DNA of 63,098 nt, the filler included. It is 3 parts of 3 records of this genome, joined end to end, with 100 filler letters (N's around TTAATTAATTAA, not from the genome) between each part and the next. Parts side by side here need not be neighbours in the genome. Positions count along the whole stretch, not along the records: positions 55,998 to 63,098 come from SRR31156797_11405; 2 more parts are not named here. One strand, written 5' to 3'. A program made the translations under genes and the position numbers. Positions 56,145 to 63,098 of this stretch are shown here, one piece after another (positions within the stretch are counted from its first letter, which is position 1; each line of letters begins with the position of its first letter). A model generated the notes under the pieces. It was not told the DNA's origin, searched no databases, and saw nothing but the letters and a program-made list of their open reading frames with translations.

Positions 56145-56675
56145 ATGAATAGCACATCATTCGTTTTCTACGATGACGGTACCTATCCCAATAACGATCT
56201 CCCTTTGGTATTGTTTAAACAGGCCATGCCATCGACTGGGCCTATTACCCCCTCCAGCATTGAAAAAGTCTTCCATGAAAATAACTGGGTAAATTTCTGG
56301 CGCAACGGTCTGTATCCGTTTCATCATTATCACAGCACTGCTCATGAGGCACTTGGGATTTATTCTGGATGGGTGAAGGCGCAGCTCGGGGGGCCGGGCG
56401 GTAAAATTTTCACCATTGAGGCCGGTGATGTTGTTATCATTCCTGCTGGAGTTGCCCATAAAAATATTGACCAGTCCCCGGATTTCAAAGTGGTGGGTGC
56501 CTATCCCACCGGCCAAATTCCTGACATGAAATATGGCAAGCCCGGAGAACGCCCCGGTGCAGACCAGAACATCCAAAATGTTGACCTGCCTGAGTATGAT
56601 CCTGTTTATAGAAAAACCGGGCCTTTGATGGAACTTTGGAGCCGAATACATAACCGCAGTAAAAATCCCCTATGA
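56145..56675 (+). CDS. Cupin-domain protein (YjlB-like)
   Basis: PNN.LP, WRNG.YPFHHYHSTAHEAL, AGDVVIIPAGVAH, VVGAYP. Confidence 0.9.
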   Translation: MNSTSFVFYDDGTYPNNDLPLVLFKQAMPSTGPITPSSIEKVFHENNWVNFWRNGLYPFHHYHSTAHEALGIYSGWVKAQLGGPGGKIFTIEAGDVVIIPAGVAHKNIDQSPDFKVVGAYPTGQIPDMKYGKPGERPGADQNIQNVDLPEYDPVYRKTGPLMELWSRIHNRSKNPL

Positions 56676-56886
56676 TCAGCTGAGCCCCGAAGCTTTGCAT
56701 GGCGTCGTTGAAGAATTTGTAACCAGGGATGGCACGGACTATGGTGATGTTGAAGTGCCTTTAAGCACCAAGATTGCCCAGGTGATGGTCCAGCTAAAAT
56801 TCGGTAAGGCCGTTATCGTTTTTGACCAGGAAACTAAATCCCGCACTGTTTTGAGGATTAATCTCCAAATGATGATCTTGCGGTGA
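56650..56886 (+). CDS. YheU (UPF0270) family protein; start is ATA or mutated, C-terminus possibly frameshifted
   Basis: IPYDQLSPEALHGVVEEFVTRDGTDYG; no ATG in frame upstream. Confidence 0.7.
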   Translation: MTAVKIPYDQLSPEALHGVVEEFVTRDGTDYGDVEVPLSTKIAQVMVQLKFGKAVIVFDQETKSRTVLRINLQMMILR

Positions 56887-57059
56887 GGATGCTGGAGGGG
56901 GAACTTTAGTTGATTGTTATGATATCAATCATGATTCGGAGATTAATCCCAATAGAATGACTAATTTTCAAACAAGTTTTCAGAATGTTTACGTGCGTTG
57001 ACCCTGAGTCAAAATCGGTTTTGACATTAGGCCCACTTCATTATATTTTAAAAAGAAGA

Positions 57060-57382
57060 GGGTTAGCTGAAAGCTTGAGTCGGCATGTCATCTCTATAGA
57101 TTTCGTCTACGCTGGCGGAGGGGTCGGAAAGACCATGCTGACGGTAGAGGGGGAACAATGTGGCCAGTTAAAAGCTGCCAAAAACCATCGGATTCCGCAT
57201 GTCGCTGGACGAGACCTTGGATATCGACGAGGACACCGGTCAGTGAGCATCACCATATCCTGTTCAGCTTCACCGGTAAGCCGGAAAAGCTGACCCTTAA
57301 TATCACGGAAGAAAAGCTCCCCGAGGAGCAACTCAAAAAATATCGTGAAGGTCGAGCAAAGGCTGCTTTGGCTGACGAATAA
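57060..57382 (+). pseudogene. Arylsulfatase C-terminal relic
   Basis: Across three frames: DFVYAGGGVGK / LPKTIGFRMSLDETLDIDEDTG / PVSE...FSFTGK.EKLT. Confidence 0.6.
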
Positions 57383-57484
57383 CATCCTATATCGATTAAA
57401 AAACGGTTGCTGTAGCCGTGTCGCCATACTACCCGTTGCTGCAACCAGGATATTATATTTAAAACATAGACTGAAGAGGCATTT

Positions 57485-59848
57485 ATGAAACGACTGGGCA
57501 AAATTTTCCTCACTTTCATTCTTCTCATATGCGTAATACTGATTACCGCCACAGCATTACTTCATTTTGTCAATCTGGATCCTTATCGTGAACGTATAGC
57601 AAGTTTGGCAACCGAAGTATTAGGGCGTGAGATTAAAATCAATGGGCATATCGATATCAATCTGTTCCCTCATCCGGAAATCATACTCAACGATATAACC
57701 ATTGCCAATACCGACTGGGGAAGTGAACCGATAATGGCCAGCGCCAAGCATATTGATGCAACGTTTTATTTTCTTTCCATCTTTTCAGACACCATGGTCG
57801 TAAGAAAGGCACGGTTGCAGGATGTCAATGTACTGATCGAGAAAAATGAGCAAAATCTTGGCAATTGGGTCATGGGGACGACCGATCCCTCCGTGAAAAA
57901 AGAAATGAAAAATACCGGTCGAGATACCAATGAATTGGTTCATCTGCCGGTAATGGTCGATATGGCAGAATTAAACAACGTCACCCTCGCCGTACGCACC
58001 ACTGAAGACATCCTCCAGGTCTACCAGCTTTCATCATTCAGCCTGCTGCCCGATAAATCCGGCAATTTGATCATCAACTCATCCGGTGAACTGTTGGGCA
58101 AGTCCATGGTGCTCAATGGAAAAATCACCTCAAAAAAATCGCTATCCGCCTATGAATCAGTAAATGTAGGAATTCAAGCTTCATTGGAGAATGCCAACCT
58201 GACCGGCCAGATATCCACCAGTGGATTGGCAACCCTTGAAGATCTTAAAGGAACCATCAATGTTGGGATTGAGGACATCCAGAATTTTTTAAAGATGTTC
58301 AAAATAGAGGTACCGCTTACCGGACCACTGACGATGGATGCCACGACCAGTTTAGATAAGTCGGTCTATAAAACAACCGCCGAAGTCAAAGTTGATGGTA
58401 TCACTGTTAATGCGGAGGGCCTTTATACAGGCAAACAGGTGGCGATCAGTTCGACTCTGGCACCCCTACGCCGGGCCGGTGAACTATTTGGTTTAAAGAA
58501 CCTTCGTGCTGATGCCTTGACATTAAAAGGCAAAATGACTCTATCAGATGCCGGGAATTTTGATATCGAATCCTTACAGGCTGACATCGACCGAAATCGT
58601 CTTACCGCCAAAGGTTCCGTCAACACCAATGGCGATGCAGTGCTGTCCTTGAATCTATCGAGCCCTGACCTGAATTCGTTTCACGAAACATTGCCCAAAA
58701 TCAACCTCGAAGCCAAAGCAAAGGCTCAAAATTCGGCTGAAAAAATCTCTGTCTCAGATTTGTCGATCACCTTTAAAAACAGCAACATCCATGGCGATAT
58801 CGCTATGCTCAAAGGCGACAAACATAAGATAAATGTCCAGATGACTTCCAATTTGCTTGATTTACGCCCATTTAGCCAGGACAACGGGGCAAAACAGGCA
58901 ACGTCTACGTCTTCGGGGACTGCAAATAAAACTTCTGAGAAGAAAAATGCAACGGAGAATCAGTACATATTCAAAACAACACCAATTCAGCTATCCTTTG
59001 AAGCGGATGCAAAGATTGCGATAGATCAATTATTTTATAATTTTCTTGAGTTGAGGAAGGTAAAGATTGATACTGCTGTTCATGGGGGGCAGGCTAATGT
59101 TAAATTCAAGTGCGATTCTGCAAACGAGGGGCATGCCGCAGTAAAAATTGACCTGAAAACCGGTAATGCACAAGCCATAGTAGATACGGTGGTGAGTGTG
59201 TCTGATTTCCGCCCGAAAATCCTGCAAGCCGAGGGCGTCAGTCAGACAGAGGTGCCGCCCATCAATATCAGTCTTGAATTACAATCCATCGGTTCTTCCC
59301 CGCGGGAACTGGCTTCCGTCGCCAATGGCCGATTCCTGTTCACCCAGGGACCGGGCAAAATAAAGAACACTCTCTTGGCAACGTTCTCGGGCGACATTTT
59401 CTCTCAACTGTTCAGCACTCTAAACCCCTTTGCCAAGGATGAAGAATTTTCCAATTGGGACTGTACCGTCTTTAAAATCAATCTCGTCGATGGGCTGGCC
59501 AATATCGATGGTATGCTGACCCAAGGAGAAAAAGTGATGATTTTAGGCGGTGGAGACATCGATCTAAAAACCGAGAAACTGAATATTGAATTCAACACCA
59601 AGCCGCGAAAGGGTGTAGGCATCAGCGCCGATATGTTCGTTAAGCCTTTTGTCAAAGTCAAAGGCACACTGGCCAGTCCCAGGATTGGATTGAACAAAAA
59701 AGGTACATTGCTTACCGGTGGTGCCCACGTTGCCACTGGTGGTTTATCGCTGCTATTAAAAGGTATCTTCGATCGAACGACAGCGGAAGGTGACAAATGT
59801 AAAAAGGCGATGGAAAAGGCCGGTCAACATACTCGTTTCGATTTCTAA
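57485..59848 (+). CDS. AsmA-family protein
   Basis: N-terminal anchor, LGREIKING.IDINLFPHP, GNW, C-terminal GGGDIDLKTEKL...VKGTLASP. Confidence 0.9.
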   Translation: MKRLGKIFLTFILLICVILITATALLHFVNLDPYRERIASLATEVLGREIKINGHIDINLFPHPEIILNDITIANTDWGSEPIMASAKHIDATFYFLSIFSDTMVVRKARLQDVNVLIEKNEQNLGNWVMGTTDPSVKKEMKNTGRDTNELVHLPVMVDMAELNNVTLAVRTTEDILQVYQLSSFSLLPDKSGNLIINSSGELLGKSMVLNGKITSKKSLSAYESVNVGIQASLENANLTGQISTSGLATLEDLKGTINVGIEDIQNFLKMFKIEVPLTGPLTMDATTSLDKSVYKTTAEVKVDGITVNAEGLYTGKQVAISSTLAPLRRAGELFGLKNLRADALTLKGKMTLSDAGNFDIESLQADIDRNRLTAKGSVNTNGDAVLSLNLSSPDLNSFHETLPKINLEAKAKAQNSAEKISVSDLSITFKNSNIHGDIAMLKGDKHKINVQMTSNLLDLRPFSQDNGAKQATSTSSGTANKTSEKKNATENQYIFKTTPIQLSFEADAKIAIDQLFYNFLELRKVKIDTAVHGGQANVKFKCDSANEGHAAVKIDLKTGNAQAIVDTVVSVSDFRPKILQAEGVSQTEVPPINISLELQSIGSSPRELASVANGRFLFTQGPGKIKNTLLATFSGDIFSQLFSTLNPFAKDEEFSNWDCTVFKINLVDGLANIDGMLTQGEKVMILGGGDIDLKTEKLNIEFNTKPRKGVGISADMFVKPFVKVKGTLASPRIGLNKKGTLLTGGAHVATGGLSLLLKGIFDRTTAEGDKCKKAMEKAGQHTRFDF

Positions 59849-59856
59849 AGAATTCG

Positions 59857-60096
59857 GTGCGGTTATTTCGGCTTCTTATCATGACGATGAATTTGGTGTC
59901 CACAACTCTGTTGACCCCCGATCATGAGGGGATCGTCATCCCTAACAACAAGATCTGGGGGGACATCATCAAAAATGTAACGGCCCAGAACATTCGCCGG
60001 GTTGATATGGTCTTCGGCATCGGATACGGTGAAGATATACCCAAGGCTGAAGAGGTGCTGTATGATATCCTTAAATCCATGAAAAAACATTATTGA
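59857..60096 (+). pseudogene. MscS C-terminal fragment
   Basis: ST.L.TPD...IVIPNNKIWGDIIKNVT...RRVDMVFGIGY, no TM part. Confidence 0.8.
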
Positions 60097-60166
60097 TTTT
60101 AATACGGATTTCAGATCACTAAGGTATTGTTCCTATAACAAGGAATTTTTTAAGTAAAAAAAGGGG

Positions 60167-62995
60167 ATGATCATGCAAGACGTTTCAGATAAGAAACAGG
60201 CATGCGTCAAAGGTTTCAAAAAAATCGGATTGATTATCTCAGGATTGTTCGTGTTCTATGTGATTATCGGTTTCTGGGTTGTTCCCCCACTACTCAAGCC
60301 AAGACTGGAAGAGCATCTTTCCAGCTTGCTGGGTCGCCAGGTCACCATCGCCGAGATCAAATTCAATCCCTTGGTCCTCTCCGCAAGAATATCCAACTTG
60401 GTAATCCATGAAAAAGATGGCCAACCCTTTGCCGGCTTCGAAAATATGTACGCCAACGCCCAGCTCTCATCCCTTATCAAATGGGCATTTACCGTCCGGG
60501 AGATCCGCGTCCAAGCCCCCTTCGGGGTAGTCAAGCTACTGCCCAAACTTAAGCTCAATATTGATGACATCATAGCCAAACTCACCGAGCCCAAACCGGA
60601 ACCGAAGGAGGAGGATGTCGGATTGCCGCCCGCCATAATCGAAAAATTTCAGGTCATCGACGGCAAGGTGGCTGTTGAAGACTTGTCTGGAAAGGAACCA
60701 ATCCGTGAGGAGCTTGGCCTTATTTCATTCACGCTCGAGAACCTGAGTACCCTGAAGGGGCGGAAGGGCGAATATCGTTTCAAAGGAACAAGCTCCAGCG
60801 GTGAGCGCTATGAAGCCAATGGTCGGATTACCATCAACCCGGTTCGAGTTCAGGGAAGCGTTTCCGTTACCAGCATCCAGCTCAGCCATTACTGGAAACA
60901 TATCAAAGACATAGTCTCGTTTCAGATTGTCAACGGCACCACGGAGGTATCCGGCGAATACACGGTGGGTGTTGTCGATGGCCGGCTTAATGCCCGGCTG
61001 GAAAACGGCGCCTTTAAACTCAAAGATTTCGAACTGGTGGAAAAAGGCAAGAAAAAGGTGTTGATCGCGTTACCCGTTTTTTCCGTGAAGGGTATCGGCG
61101 CTGATCTGCAGGACAGAGAGATTACTGTCGAACAAATTCACACGGCGGATGGCAGGATCCAATCCAGTCTGTTGCCGGAAGGGAGTTTTGAACTCCAGGG
61201 GATCTTTCTGCCCGATTTCGAAAACTTGATGCAGAAGATAAAGAGCAAGGAAGCGGATGAACCGCCCCCTGCCGAACCCTGGCGGGTAGTGCTCAAAAAA
61301 ATGGAGGTGAAAAACGGGGAACTGTTTTTCGAGGACCGAACCCTGATCAAGCCGGCGAAATTGTCAGCCGACAAACTGAACGTAGTTGTGGAAAATCTTA
61401 CCAATGAAAAAAATAAGACAGCCACGATCGGCGTTGCCATGCGAATAAATCAAGCGGGAAATGTTAATGTCAAGGGAAAGGGGGGAATCGTTCCTTTACA
61501 GGCCGATCTGGACGTGGTTACCGACAAAATCACCCTGAAGACCTTTCAGCCCTATGTCAACGATGCCGTTAACACCCGGATTGTTTCCGGCACCATCAGC
61601 TCGAAAAGCCGCATTCGCTATCGCGGTAAGGACGTCCAGCCGCAAATCCGGTACGACGGTGAATTCAACATCGTTGATGTGGTGATTCAGGACCGCCTTC
61701 AGACCAAAGATTTCATAACCCTGGCCCAACTCAAGACCAGTGGAGTCGGTTTGGAACTAGGTCCCAATAAGTTGAACGTAGCTCAGATTCTCATCAAGCG
61801 GCCCCATGCCCGAATTACCGTCGACAAGGCCAGCATGGTCAATGTGGTCAATGCCTTCACTTCTGTCAAGAAAGAGAATAAAGAGAAACAAAAGAATTTG
61901 TTGCAGCGCCTGGTTAATTTTCTGATCCTGAACTTCAGGGGCCCCATACCAATGCGTATCGACAGGGTTCAGCTCAAGACGTTTACCGTTGATTTCATGG
62001 ATGGATCTGTCTCGCCCACCTTCGGCACCAACGTGGAGATCTCCGACGCCACGGCCACGGGGCTCTCCTCCGATCCGTCCGCCAAGGCCGATTTCAAGCT
62101 CACCGGAAACATCGACGATACAGCTACATTAAACGCTTCAGGCCAGATGAGTCCGATGAATGCACTGCAGGATAGCAATCTGGATGTGTCGTTAAAGGAT
62201 TTTACGTTGAAACCGGTATCCCCATACTCTGGAAAATTTATTGGCTATAAGATCGAACGGGGAACCCTGCATACGGACCTGAAATACCAAATAGCCAACG
62301 ATACTGTCGATGGTGACAATATTATTGTTATTGATCAACTGGAGATAGGCGAACGGGTCCACAGCCCCCATGCCCTCAAGCTGCCCATCAAGCTCGGGGT
62401 GACCCTGCTGAAGGACAGGGAAGGGCGCATCAAGGTTCAGGTACCGGTAAAGAGTAATGTCATGGATCCGCAGTTCAATTTCCGGAAAACCATTTGGAGT
62501 GCGCTCACAGGGATCATCAAAGATGTCGGTAGCACGCCGTTCAGTGCAATCTCAGAGGTCGATGGGTTCAGGGGAGAGGAATTAAGAAGGGTTGAATTCG
62601 AATTTGGATTTTTCCAATTGCAGGACCGTGAAGTCCAGAAATTGAATGCCCTAGCAAAACTGCTTAAGCAACGGGACGCCCTGGTCTTGGGCATCGTGGG
62701 AACGGCTGACCGGCAAATGGACGGGGCCGCGATCATGGGTGAATCGCCCGGTAAAATCCTGACCACCGATGCACCGGCATCGGAGCAAACGACACCGGCG
62801 AAATGGGTCGCCAAGCCCGTTGTCGATATTAAGCGCTTGGAGCAGCTGGCCCAGCGACGGGCCGACAAGGTGAGTGCATATCTGGTCGAGCAGGTCGGCG
62901 TCGACGTCAACCGTATTCAGATGAAACCGCTGCAGATAAAATCCGCGCCCAATGGTGAGCGGGGAGGGGTGGAGTTCTCCCTCTCGGTAAAATAA
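60167..62995 (+). CDS. DUF748-domain protein with OmpA-like C-terminus
   Basis: YVIIGFWVVP.LLK, FNPL.L, SPYSGKFIGY.I..G.L, LPIKLGVTLLKDREGRI, LAQRRA..V..YL. Confidence 0.9.
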   Translation: MIMQDVSDKKQACVKGFKKIGLIISGLFVFYVIIGFWVVPPLLKPRLEEHLSSLLGRQVTIAEIKFNPLVLSARISNLVIHEKDGQPFAGFENMYANAQLSSLIKWAFTVREIRVQAPFGVVKLLPKLKLNIDDIIAKLTEPKPEPKEEDVGLPPAIIEKFQVIDGKVAVEDLSGKEPIREELGLISFTLENLSTLKGRKGEYRFKGTSSSGERYEANGRITINPVRVQGSVSVTSIQLSHYWKHIKDIVSFQIVNGTTEVSGEYTVGVVDGRLNARLENGAFKLKDFELVEKGKKKVLIALPVFSVKGIGADLQDREITVEQIHTADGRIQSSLLPEGSFELQGIFLPDFENLMQKIKSKEADEPPPAEPWRVVLKKMEVKNGELFFEDRTLIKPAKLSADKLNVVVENLTNEKNKTATIGVAMRINQAGNVNVKGKGGIVPLQADLDVVTDKITLKTFQPYVNDAVNTRIVSGTISSKSRIRYRGKDVQPQIRYDGEFNIVDVVIQDRLQTKDFITLAQLKTSGVGLELGPNKLNVAQILIKRPHARITVDKASMVNVVNAFTSVKKENKEKQKNLLQRLVNFLILNFRGPIPMRIDRVQLKTFTVDFMDGSVSPTFGTNVEISDATATGLSSDPSAKADFKLTGNIDDTATLNASGQMSPMNALQDSNLDVSLKDFTLKPVSPYSGKFIGYKIERGTLHTDLKYQIANDTVDGDNIIVIDQLEIGERVHSPHALKLPIKLGVTLLKDREGRIKVQVPVKSNVMDPQFNFRKTIWSALTGIIKDVGSTPFSAISEVDGFRGEELRRVEFEFGFFQLQDREVQKLNALAKLLKQRDALVLGIVGTADRQMDGAAIMGESPGKILTTDAPASEQTTPAKWVAKPVVDIKRLEQLAQRRADKVSAYLVEQVGVDVNRIQMKPLQIKSAPNGERGGVEFSLSVK

Positions 62996-63098
62996 ATTTA
63001 CCTAAATATGACCGCTATTTAGAACATTTTATTTGTGCCAAGTCCCTTGATCGGTAATTTTTGGGCATAATTTAACACTACAACGACACTTTGATATT

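Overview
The window is three unrelated contigs joined by artificial 100-bp linkers (N44-TTAATTAATTAA-N44 at 26345-26444 and 55898-55997), probably from a draft genome or MAG of a Desulfobacterota-like anaerobe (taxon inferred from gene content only). Contig 1 (1-26344) opens with a co-oriented cluster: CsgG-like protein, membrane-anchored CHAT (caspase-like) protease with a CsgG-like C-terminus, a ~3100-aa secreted multidomain C13-type protease/adhesin, a FadL/PorV-like beta-barrel, an ECF sigma factor and a soluble zinc-finger anti-sigma. It looks like a protease-gated trans-envelope signalling and surface-display system. arfB, a Wzx flippase, a Cpx-like two-component locus and a decaying DUF2115/DUF1638/Rieske cluster follow. 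Contig 2 (26445-55897) is a temperate T7-like (Autographiviridae-like) prophage integrated at tRNA-Arg(UCU). It has an integrase, MarR-like and HTH-PAS regulators, an early region behind a highly structured leader, two T3-like phage promoters, a full virion module, ligase and exonuclease, and two genes that appear to start at AUA. Its RNAP/DNAP/primase module is absent; at that point the phage abuts an integron-type gene cassette whose attC is interrupted by the 3' end of a group IIC intron. Contig 3 (55998-63098) carries a cupin, YheU, AsmA, DUF748 and several gene relics. All domain calls come from motif recognition by eye; no database searches were run.
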